The notes below the pieces were generated by a model. The model saw only the letters and a program-made list of their open reading frames with translations. It was not told the origin of the DNA and searched no databases. From the NCBI GenBank assembly GCA_030704615.1, contig CM060732.1:65410001-65474000 (forward strand): a stretch of 64,000 nt of DNA, given 5' to 3'. The translations under genes were made by a program, and so were the position numbers. Source of the stretch: Takakia lepidozioides. Taxonomy: Eukaryota; Plantae; Bryophyta. Of the stretch, positions 47,150 through 57,668 are shown in pieces; the stretch's first letter is position 1; every line of letters starts with the position of its first letter.

Positions 47150-47935
47150 TTGCGACCGCTCCAGGTCGCACGAGGAAGTCGCATATTTTTTTTAAAAAAA
47201 AACTGTTGTGACCACCCTCATGCTAGTGGTCGCACCTATTAAAAAAAAGAAAAATGTTGCGACCACCCCCATGCTCGTGGTCACAGAGATTATTTAAAAA
47301 TAAATAAAAATAAAAATAAAATTGTTGCGACCACCCCCTTGCTGGTGGTCGCACCTATTAAAAAAACAGAAAATTTCTGCGACCACCCCCCTGCTGGTGG
47401 TCGCACCTATTAAACAAATAGAAAATCTCTGCGACCACCCCATGCTAGTGGTTGCACCTATTATAAAAAAGAAAAATGCTGCGACCACCCCCACGCTGGT
47501 GGTTGCACCTATTAAAAAAAATAAAAATGTTGCGACCAACCCCATGCTCGTGGACACAGAGAATTTGTTTTAAAAATAAAAATAAAAAATAAAAAAATCT
47601 GCGACCACCCCCCTACCGGTGGTCGCACCTATTAAAAAAACAGAAAAATGCTGGGACCACCCCATGCTGGTGGTCGCAGATATTAAAAAATAGAAAAATG
47701 TTGCGACCGCCCCTCTGATGGTGGTCGCACCTATTACAAATAAAATAAGAATTGTGCGACCACCAGTAGCGGTGGTCGCAACTATTTAAGAAAAGAAAAA
47801 AATGCGACCACCCTTGCTGGTGGTCGCATCTATTTTTAAAAAACAAAAAATGCTGCGACAACCCCTCTGCTAGTGGTCGCAACTATTAAAAAATAAGATA
47901 AATTCTGCGACCACCACCATTTGGAGGTTGCACCA
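47150..47935. repeat. Array of about 14 hairpin units TGCGACCACC-N(6-8)-GGTGGTCGCA with A-tract spacers
   Basis: About 55-60 bp periodicity; same unit as 3570-4145. Confidence 0.9.
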
Positions 47936-48159
47936 ATTTAAGAATAATGATTTAAAAATGACCTCAACTATTGGCGGATGGAGTAATTGATAAAACAATT
48001 CATTCACTTGCCAAGGTGTCGCTTGGAATACAATGTGTCCACCTACGTGGCATATTTTTCACCTAACTCATGTTTTACTGATTTCTCGGCAAAACTGACG
48101 TGACGTTGGTCGCGTCAGCGTCAGGTCCCACGTGACGTGACGTCACTGATGTGTGCAAT

Positions 48160-49758
48160 CCTGGGCGCCGCTGCCGGCTATGCTCCACATCTGGAATCTA
48201 CTTCCAGTGGCGCTTCGGGAGGGGATAGAGCGGGCACATCCGGAAACGGGGACTCCTCCCACATCGGGTGACACCAGGGGCAAGTCGGACAAGCTTGCAA
48301 AGGTACAACTGTCGCACTTTGTTCCATGATTTATCATTTCATTTGCATGCATGATTTTCTTTGTTGTTTGTTTCTTTTTTTGAATTTGGAGGGGTTATTT
48401 GTCTTCAGGAGGCAGCAACATGGCTGGCCTTATTGGTGCAGTCTAGTGGGGTTGCCAATGAGGGAGAGCACGTGGTGTTCATGAAGGACCCGAACACCAA
48501 AGGTAAGAAGAAGAGGCCTCGATCTCCCGAGATCCCTTTTACCATCAATGAAGGGGCTGCCGAGGAGAGAGAGAGAAGGGAGAGGGAGAAGGAGAGAGAT
48601 GAAGTAGCGGGGAAGGGGAAGGAGATGGTCGTGGAGAAGAGGAAGGAAAAGAAGAAGAAGAAAAAGAAGTCCCATGGAGAGGAAGGGGTGAGTGTGCATG
48701 CGGGGGAGGGCAGTGGGGTAACAAAGGAGCAGGGGAAGGAGGCTATAAAGAAAGGAGAGGGTGGGATGGCCTTGGCGATACAGGACATGGAGTTAGCAAA
48801 GATCATGGTGCCACCGGTGGAGGTGAATCGCCATGGTGACCCCTGCGGTGTGTTCTGGTAGGCTATGAAGAAGTTAGCATTCGAACTCGTAGTGAGGTGG
48901 TTCCCTTTGCACATCGAGTGGGCTAATCAGCACTTTGGCGCAAAGCGGGCGTATGCCCGTGAGTTAGACCGCCAGTTTCCGGGCAATTGGAGTGACACAA
49001 GGGTGATGGAGATGGTGGGGCGAAACTTGAAGGACAGGAGGTACCGTGCCAGACAGATCATTCGGAGGGCAATAGAAAAGGGGGCCATATCCAAACCACC
49101 TTATGGAATTACACAGGTTGGCAAATCCTGAATCATGTCACCTTCCATTTGTCGCATGTGCATTAATGAGGTGGATTCGATGCAACGTATGTGTGTAATT
49201 CACTAATTGTTGGGGGGGGGGGGGGCGGGGGATAGGTATCGTGGGATGCACTCATTGCGGGAGAGACTGATGCCGCAAACAAGGCCAAATTTGACCGGGC
49301 ACGCGAAGCAACAACAGTCCGCCTTGACAAGCGCGAATCCACACACAAGTGGGGCGCAGGCGGATCCAAGGGTTTTATCTTGCGATTTGTAAGTCGTACT
49401 TCCCTATGGATTTTGTTATGTCTTCTTTCTGGCTCCATCATCGCGAAGAACTGACTTTAATTTATGGCATGTGTAGCAACGTGCGTTTGAGAGGAAGCCA
49501 TCTCCGGTAGAGTGCAACTACGCCAAGGAGCATGGTTGGCAATCCCTCATGAAGAACATGGCCAACACAGAGGGGATGAGTGCACTACAAGGCACTAGTA
49601 TGGATGAGGTCGAGGGTCATGCCCAGGGATTGGATGAGAGCTTTGTGGGACTTAGGGGAACGCCACCTCATTTACGTGCTCTGACAAAGGGCGCGGAGTC
49701 ATCAGGCTCATCGGATAGCTCTGAGTCCTCCACTGAGGATGAAGATGAGGATGACTAG
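48160..49758 (+). pseudogene. CACTA/EnSpm TnpA-like (Ptta/En/Spm, Transposase_24-like) accessory gene, multi-exon, premature stop at 48859
   Basis: VEVNRHGDPCG..IEWANQ..LKDRRYRAR..KPPYGITQ|VSWDALI..HKWGAGG; lies just inside a CACTA terminus. 5' boundary approximate. Confidence 0.6.
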
Positions 49759-50029
49759 TCCTAGTCCATGTAGGTCCTAGGGTCAGTCTACTGAACCCTT
49801 GTGAGCTTTTCAGCTCATTTCTTGTAAATATATTTCCATATTTCCATCTTCCATCTTATTCATGTGTCGCACCGTCCTCACCCTCGATTCATGCTTGCTG
49901 AATTGTGTACCTGCTAACTCAGAGAAATGGAACTGTAAGTTCTCCCATCCCCAAATACAACACCAGGAAAAAAAACCACCCCCAATTCATCCCCAAAATG
50001 AACCCCCAACCCCCCCCCCCACCAGGCTG

Positions 50030-50691
50030 CCCTTGCGACTGCAGCACGTCAGCAATGGCGACATGTTTTTTGGGCGGGGGTCGCAAGCAGCGACGGTCGG
50101 GCGTCGCAAATCCCATTTGCAAGCGGCAACGCCCGACACCCCTTGCGACGTGTTTTTTAGTCCGGGGGTCGCAAGCCGCGACGCCCTGGCGTCGCGGAGA
50201 CCGCCACCCTGCCTGCGCCACGTTTTTTTTTTAATTAAATTTAAAACAAAAGCGACGCCGAAGTGTCGCAACAACCCACGCCCGGGCGTGGCGGGGACCG
50301 ACTCCTGCTGTTTTGTGCCACGCCCAATAGTCGGTTGCAGCAACGCACGGGCGTCGCTTGGCGTACCACCCGGCTGACTCCCGGGCAGGTTAGAAAAAAA
50401 GAAAAGGGATGCGACGCCGCGCCGGCGCCCCCACCAACGCCGTCGGCTGGAGGGCCGCAACGGCGAGACGTCGCTCGAAGAGGCTCCTGCCATTGGCGCG
50501 GACGGCCTGAAAAACCGACGTCCGACAGTCGCGGGCGGGGGCTCGCGACCCCCATACGTCGCATTTTGCGACGTCATTTTGGCGACGGCCGGGCGTCGCA
50601 AATTCTGCGCCTCCCGCGTGCCTGAAAAGGGCGTTTTCCCGACGCTGCGGCGTGGCGCGAGCGTCGCAAAGGCCCCCCTTTTCCTGTAGTG
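50030..50691 (-). mobile_element. CACTA element terminus with GCGACG/CGTCGC subterminal repeats
   Basis: Ends ...CTTTTCCTGTAGTG at 50691 (reverse complement CACTACAGGAAAAG); many GCGACG motifs in both orientations. Confidence 0.8.
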
Positions 50692-50924
50692 CACGGGGAC
50701 CCAATGCGGGTGCTTGGTGCCATTGGAAAGCCCTTGACGAGGAGGGGTGCATGGGCTTGGTCTCATGATTTTTTTGGACCTGCGGTGTGGGAGATGTGGA
50801 ATTCCAAGTACTTTTGGTCGCTAGAAATTCACAAATGGTTGGAGCCTCGACGGGAGAGATATCAAGGGAAAGGTCTCCGGTTCAAATCTGGTCGTAGGCT
50901 CTGGGGAAAAAAACTTACTTAGAT

Positions 50925-51712
50925 GACATTGGACACTTGGGCCAGCGGCAAATGCTACCCTAGAGGTTGCATTTGGGCCTCAACATAGGAAACGCACTTT
51001 GATACATAGGGGATTGCACTTGGACTTCGATGACACTGGACACTTGGGCCAACGGTAGAGGCTACCCTAGAGGTCGCACTTGGGCCTCGACATAAGAGAC
51101 GCACCTGGATACATATAGGGGATTCATGCACTTGGACCTAGATGACACTTGACACTTGGCCAACAGCACATGCTACCCTAGTGAAAATTTGGACCTACCG
51201 GCCGAGGATGGTAGAGATATATTGAACAATTTTGGTCGCTGAAAATTCAACTAAATTACAAAATTAAGTGTTGGAATGACCCTGAAGGTCACACTTGGGC
51301 CTCTACATGGGAGATTGCAGTTGGGCTTAGATGGGCCTTAACATAGGAGACGCACTTGGATACGTAGGAAATTGCACTTGGTCTTACATTTCAATTCTTC
51401 ACACATGGGCCTCGACATCAGAGATGCACTTGGATACATAGGGGATTGCACTTGGACTTACATGATACTTGACACTTGGGCCAACGGCACAGGCTAACCT
51501 AGAGGTCGCACTTGGGCCTCGACATAGGAGACGCACTTGAATACATAGGAGATTGCACTTGGGCTTAGATAACACTTGACACTTGGGCCAACGGCACAGA
51601 CTACCCTAGAGGTCACACTTGGGCCTCGACATAGGAGACGCACTGGGTCTTAGATACATAGGAGATCGTGCATTTGGGCTTAGACACTTGGGCCAACGGC
51701 ACATGCTACCCT
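50925..51712. repeat. ~115-bp tandem repeat built from CACTTGGGCC sub-repeats (about 5-6 copies)
   Basis: GACACTTGGGCCAACGGCACA.GCTACCCTAGAGGTCGCACTTGGGCCTCGACATAGGAGACGCAC repeated. Confidence 0.85.
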
Positions 51713-53074
51713 ATCATTCATTAAATGAGGGTTTATGAAAACTCTTTCATGATAAATGTTGATGATCTAAATTTGGTCTTCAATTATGACTTAGCTTTGT
51801 TTAATGGCGTTGTAGAATAAAAGATGGGACTTTGATATCATGTTTAACTCAACATGCCAACATCGTTAGTTCTTCTAGTAGAGACAGAGGATGCCGCAAC
51901 GGCAAAGAAGACAACCTCTATCCCTACCTTTCTTACTTCTTATTAACTTGACTGATACGCTACATATGTGTTTGAATGGCTGTTGTGCTTTTATTTATCT
52001 GAAGGAAAGTGACCAGCGATGGTGTGTAGTCTGATCCGTGACGCTTGTTCAGCCCACATTCTTGGTAGGATTACCACTCTCCTTTGCGATGGTGTTGTAT
52101 GGTGCAGTGTACTGATAGGTGGCGTCTCATGATCCGGCCCTTGATTATTTGGAACACATTGCCACAGTCTAATTGCTAACAGCACACTTAACACATGGAA
52201 AGCATCGCTCTCCCCTTTACACAAGCATATCAAAATACTCCAAGAACACTCAATACTTATGTGTATGAACACTGTACATCAGTTATAATGATGACCTCTC
52301 CATCTTCGGCCCTTCTCTAACTTCCTTCTCATATATTGCCAAGCGGCCACCCTTCAAGCATGTGGGGTTCCACGCTGCTACACACCAACTCCCTATCTTT
52401 TCCCATGTTATTATTTACTAAGCCACTAAATGCAAGGTTGCGGGTGTTATCCCCTCTTAGCGGGGGTTGCTATTCCATATGCACAGGTTGCGTGCATGCA
52501 TGCACAAAATCCCTTATTATATATGCATGTGACAAATTTGTATGCACACATTGTAGAATGTATGCAATGGAGTTATATAACATAGAATACGACGTATTTA
52601 TTGCATATGCAAATGTTACATCATATGCATATAGAAAAAAATAAAATAAAAATCTTAGCTAACAAAATCAGTAGTCAATGGTCAAAGATGCATGTGACCA
52701 CTAACTCCAACTAATGCACCACCTTAAACTGAAGAGAATACAAGATCCCTGGCCAAAGTAATAGTTTGCAAACTTGTATTCAAAGAAAACAGTTTCATAT
52801 TAACCAAAATATGGACTTTTGTACTAACAAATGCATATGTGTCATGTTTGGAACCACCACATTGCATGTCTGTTTGTAATGCCAAGCAGTTCTATAATTT
52901 GAAAACTTGTATGACAGGTACACAAGTTCCATTTTAACCAAAATAGGAACTTTTGTACTAACAAATGCTACGTGTCATGTTTGGAATAAAGTAGTAACAA
53001 GATAATTACATGTCACATGCATGAAAATGAACGGCACAAGTTAGAGGTTCTTTTTTTGTGCATTTCATGTGTCA

Positions 53075-56000
53075 CTAAGAAGTTGAACTAGGGTCCTTCT
53101 TTAGCATAGCCCTAACCTCTAACTGGCTAAGGGAAGGTTGGTGGATCTCATAAGCCCCGGCGCATCCTAGATGCACGTTGTACATGAAGTACATGTGCTT
53201 ACAAGGTAGATATGTTTGTTTTTTCTTCTTGACAGATAGCTCATCAAAGTCGGGACAATCACAAGATGGAAACTGACCAATGTATACATTGTAAACCAAT
53301 CCTGCTCTGGTAGATCCCTCTGTTTGTAGCTGGTAAATTCTCCCATAACCTGGCTGAGGCACGTTTCTGAATCCACGAACCTCAGCAATAAGAGTCTCCG
53401 CTGACTCTTGACGACTCAAGTGTCGAGGAGTCGGATCCCGACGCCGAATGCGCACCCCATAGCATGTAGTGGGATACTTACCCACAGGAAGGACAACACC
53501 TTGATGCATATGTTGTTCCACTGGAAGTGGTCCCACATGAAAGTTCGGATCAGGAACGTTGGGAGGATGGACTAGTCGAAAACCTGCAAGGGTCAAGTTG
53601 TCCACCTCTTCTTGTGTAAGGTTGGTTCCAACCTTCACAGGCCACACGTTAGGTATACCCGGTTTTCCCAAGCAATAGGATGGCACGGTCCCTCCAACAC
53701 ACAACAAAACATCTGTGGGGCAAAACCAAAAAACTTGCAGTTTTGGTTCTTTCATGTTCGGTGCTAGTAACTTGCCAGTGAAGCAAGGTGCAGGACTTCC
53801 TTTACCTTTCCTGATGAGCGCTTTGCATTTATCTTTAGAAACTCCAACCAAGGCAGAACAACGAACCATGGAAGCAGGACCTGTCCGCTGAATCCTGAAC
53901 AATGCATCGGAAAAGTCTTGTGTCTCTCTCACTGGATTTCCCCATTGCATTGGCTGAGGAGGGATAGCAACATGTGGATTTGTCTCACAGAAAGTCGAAG
54001 AACTAGGAATGTCATGACTTGATTTGGAGCTGACGAACCTAGATGGCTGGTGTGGACTCGGCATCCCAGTGGCGCGCACTGGAACAGTCTTTACATTCAT
54101 ATCACACCTCCAAGATTTGTTTGGCCCACCATGCTCATCGCCTAACTTGCGTTTGACTGGAATAGTGCAATTGTCTCCCTCCAATTGAATCCCCTTTGTG
54201 TGCATGGGTGTTCCAGCTACTATGCCACGTACAACCTTACCCATTTTTGCTGGGCTATTAGATCTAGCTGCTTGACGCAACATGAGCTCCTCTTTGTCGG
54301 GCCCCGTCCCCCATGTCTTTCCTGTGGTGTGCCTGTAAAATGTTGCCTGCTGCAAAAGAGCTCGTGACATGTCATGCATGGTGGCCTCATATAGATCCAC
54401 CTTCATTTTTTTCCCATTGCCTGCTGTCTTCCACCAAGCAGAATGGACTGCCTCAGACAAATTAGTGGTAGGCATATCTGCATCTGCCTCCACATCCATG
54501 TCCTCTCTCATCCATTGGCCCCACATTCGATATCTGTAGTGCCACCATGCAAGCCATGAATCTAGTTTTGGCAGACTCTTTTCTGTGCATGCTCCTGAAG
54601 AGAGCCACCATACCCGAATTGCAATGTATGTGGTTATAGCATCCTCCAAGGTAGCACTATCTTTCCATTCATAACAGAGCTGAGTGTGCCTTTCACGGAA
54701 GTCCTCCAAGATATAGTCGTTGGTGTGTCTTCGGAGGCTTTCAGCCCAATGATATAAACATGTTCTTTCTTTACCTTCCATTGGGACATTGGGATCAGAT
54801 CCATAAACCCTTCGAACAGCAGCCCAATTCGCTCCTGCTGCATCCGCCATGAAGCCAGCAAAATTTGGTTTGTTCAAGCCAGCAAGTTTTGCTTGTTCAT
54901 TGATTATCTCCCAGAATAACACCTGAGCATCTGCATCCTCTGTTTTCATATCGCAAATGGCAATGGTCATCATTCGCTTGACATATGGTTCATAGACATG
55001 ACACGCAAGAGTTGTCCAATCCTTGATGCGTTTGACATGGTCAAATACTACCCAACTTGTGCGTAGATCCCCCTCACTCATGCGACGCACAAGATCAACA
55101 CCACTCCCGAGACCAGCAACAGACATCTTGAAAACATGGGGGAGATGAGAAGTATGCTGGCCTGGAAGGAGATTGCTGTGAATGAAATGGTATGTACTCA
55201 GACGCTTCAACTCCAATATGGACATGATGGAATTGACACGTGCAGATGCGACCTTGTTTTTCACATTGGGGCTACAAACATGGGCAAACTCTTCAAGAAT
55301 ATCTTCCAAAGCCTCTCCCTCAAGACGTACTGTCTCTGTGCCATCAGCCACAAGAACTCGATCAATCAAGAGCTTTTGGGCCATTGACAAGGAAATAGCT
55401 CCCGGGGTCGACCATGGCTTCATCTTAACGTGCTCTTGAATCATGCTTGATGCATTTTCCGTAGCCTCTCTATTCTCGCCCTTGGCACATGGATGGTTAT
55501 GAAACCCAACGTGAACTGCAACACGTGTATATGTTGGAAGGGAACTTGTGACATAGTACATTCTTGCCCCACAATGCGCCTCACAGAAAGGTCTTTCTTT
55601 GCAGAAACTACACTTGAACTGGTTGAATGGAACTTGGGCTCCTGCAATGAACACCTTGTCTGCATTGCCTTCCCAATAGCGGTCATTCCGTTCTCCTTCT
55701 TTCTTGAAGAAGGGGCAAGTGCTGCTTTGACATATGAGCTTTCCAACACAAAGAACCTTACTACATTTCACATGATCTAGAACACCAGACATATTGTAGG
55801 TATTGGTCTTGCACCAAGGATGACCATCAAACTTGCGGTCCATGCCTTGGAGGGACTGTGAACCACGGTCCGTACGTAGTTTGACCACGGGGGGGAGTTC
55901 GTGGATCACTTTTCCATCAAAAGCTCGAGGAAGACACCGAACATGATGCACTGGAATGTGACTATAGTCCAAGGTAGAAAGCTCTCCTTTTGATCCATTC

Positions 56001-56608
56001 CTCCGAGCAATGGCCAAGATACTTAAAATGGACAACACACCAGAAGGAAATGCAGATGTAGCCTCCCTTGCCAGTCGTGGAGATGAAGATAAACCCCTCG
56101 CAGATTCGCAACAATCAGACGTGGTGTTGTCCAATGGAGGCTTCATGTCGTGAAGCAAGACCGTATGAGTAGATGAGGAAGGTTGAGATCCACAAAATAC
56201 ACTCTTAGAAACCTCAACACAATCCGAATTATGAGACCCCAAGCTCGCCGAATCTGCAACCTCCTCCTTCAATTTACAACTCCCATTTGTCGCAGCTTGA
56301 TCGTTCTTTCTTGCAATAGAAGTGTGCCTCTCATCATGTGACTGTGTATAGCTCGTACCTGTGACACGGTACTTGGAGAAAGTGTCTGGAAACAACTCCC
56401 ATTGTTTTTGGCCGTCATTGAAAACTGGAAGCAACACTGTGGAGGCATCATCATCTCCATCATCCTCCAAAAAAACTGAACCTGGAACAAGTTTGAATCT
56501 ATTGCATAACCAAGGTTCTGGGATAATGCACTTGTTTCCATTGCAAGGATAACGAACCACTTTTGCATCAGGTGGACATGAAAGCACTGCATATTTTGGT
56601 GTAGACAT
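53075..56608 (-). CDS. MULE-type DDE transposase, copy 3 (intact, intronless, 1177 aa)
   Basis: GHPWCKT..CVGKLIC..C..CSFC..HVGFHNHP (GCM/WRKY-like), VFDHVKR, FMADAA, CLYHW, TNLSEAVH, RC..KC..IRKG..WFC..C, SWIM CDCPDF..CKH; collinear with 19553-23067. Confidence 0.92.
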   Translation of the reverse strand: MSTPKYAVLSCPPDAKVVRYPCNGNKCIIPEPWLCNRFKLVPGSVFLEDDGDDDASTVLLPVFNDGQKQWELFPDTFSKYRVTGTSYTQSHDERHTSIARKNDQAATNGSCKLKEEVADSASLGSHNSDCVEVSKSVFCGSQPSSSTHTVLLHDMKPPLDNTTSDCCESARGLSSSPRLAREATSAFPSGVLSILSILAIARRNGSKGELSTLDYSHIPVHHVRCLPRAFDGKVIHELPPVVKLRTDRGSQSLQGMDRKFDGHPWCKTNTYNMSGVLDHVKCSKVLCVGKLICQSSTCPFFKKEGERNDRYWEGNADKVFIAGAQVPFNQFKCSFCKERPFCEAHCGARMYYVTSSLPTYTRVAVHVGFHNHPCAKGENREATENASSMIQEHVKMKPWSTPGAISLSMAQKLLIDRVLVADGTETVRLEGEALEDILEEFAHVCSPNVKNKVASARVNSIMSILELKRLSTYHFIHSNLLPGQHTSHLPHVFKMSVAGLGSGVDLVRRMSEGDLRTSWVVFDHVKRIKDWTTLACHVYEPYVKRMMTIAICDMKTEDADAQVLFWEIINEQAKLAGLNKPNFAGFMADAAGANWAAVRRVYGSDPNVPMEGKERTCLYHWAESLRRHTNDYILEDFRERHTQLCYEWKDSATLEDAITTYIAIRVWWLSSGACTEKSLPKLDSWLAWWHYRYRMWGQWMREDMDVEADADMPTTNLSEAVHSAWWKTAGNGKKMKVDLYEATMHDMSRALLQQATFYRHTTGKTWGTGPDKEELMLRQAARSNSPAKMGKVVRGIVAGTPMHTKGIQLEGDNCTIPVKRKLGDEHGGPNKSWRCDMNVKTVPVRATGMPSPHQPSRFVSSKSSHDIPSSSTFCETNPHVAIPPQPMQWGNPVRETQDFSDALFRIQRTGPASMVRCSALVGVSKDKCKALIRKGKGSPAPCFTGKLLAPNMKEPKLQVFWFCPTDVLLCVGGTVPSYCLGKPGIPNVWPVKVGTNLTQEEVDNLTLAGFRLVHPPNVPDPNFHVGPLPVEQHMHQGVVLPVGKYPTTCYGVRIRRRDPTPRHLSRQESAETLIAEVRGFRNVPQPGYGRIYQLQTEGSTRAGLVYNVYIGQFPSCDCPDFDELSVKKKKQTYLPCKHMYFMYNVHLGCAGAYEIHQPSLSQLEVRAMLKKDPSSTS

Positions 56609-57311
56609 TTGGCAATGCCCTCAAAGTTTGAGAGAAGATGCAAAATGAATGAAAGCGCACATCTTGCAAGACCTTATGCAAATACATTAAATGGCTTACA
56701 TTACTTATGTGTATCATCAATCCAGAAGGTCCAAATTTTTTGAGGCATGTGCTCCATCCATATTATTCTCTGACAGAAACAACTAAATGGACTATCCCCT
56801 ATTTTTAAGACGACGGCGCCGTTGTTGAGATCTTCGAATCCAATGTACTGCCTTCTTCTTATGAGCATATGAAACATAAATGCTCTACATGTTTCCATTT
56901 ATTTTACAACCAATCGTTGATTAATTGTCCAACTATGAACTGACACACTAGACGGCACAATTTATTTACAATCAAATCCCATGACATGTATGTTGATTTG
57001 TTCTTTGATTACTCATGTATGAGTAATGAGTACAAGTATTTGTGGCGACAATTGGCTCTAAAACCAATAAATTGATTAAGACACCCATAACAAAATATTT
57101 AGTTACTTTATCACTTACTTTATATTGTATTATGAAGGCGCCGCCACAAAGTAACATGTCAATCGTACAACCATCTTCTGAGGATCCACGTGTAACCCAT
57201 GTAGTCCAAAAAACACTAACGCCAGAGTGTATAAAAAATGTTCACATTTTAGATTTGGCCAATTTGGCCTTTTTAAGGCCTTAGCCTTCGCCCTCCTTTC
57301 CCCCCGCTCTC

Positions 57312-57378
57312 CTTGGCGGGGGCAGGTTTGAACCCGCAACCTAGTGGAAAATACACCACAACCTTACCAACAAGCCAT
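57312..57378 (-). other. Degenerate tRNA-like (Pol III A/B box) sequence in the bidirectional intergenic region
   Basis: Minus strand TGGCTTGTTGG...GGGTTCAAACC. Confidence 0.4.
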
Positions 57379-57668
57379 GCTCTATTCAATGAAACAACCT
57401 CTACTTTTTTGTTAATAAACTGTTTCTTTTCAGTTAAACTTGTTGCCATTACTACATGACTAACCCGGTATCATTACTACACTAACGTAGTCTAGTATAC
57501 TTGCACATTATCCCTTGCCACTCCCCCAAACAAACACACACAAACTACACAAGTACTTAATACGTCTCTAGTCTCTACACCCTGGAGACTCCCGTTGCGA
57601 AGAGGAGACGGAGGCGCCGCATCTCGGCCTTATACTATACCACCCCGAGGCAACGAGCTGTTGCGGCG

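Noticed and set aside
47150-47935. CRISPR array (also 3570-4145 and 26493-27214)
   Set aside because: Spacers are A-tracts or related to one another, or irregular and too long. The arrays are in eukaryotic TE or intron context and there are no cas genes.
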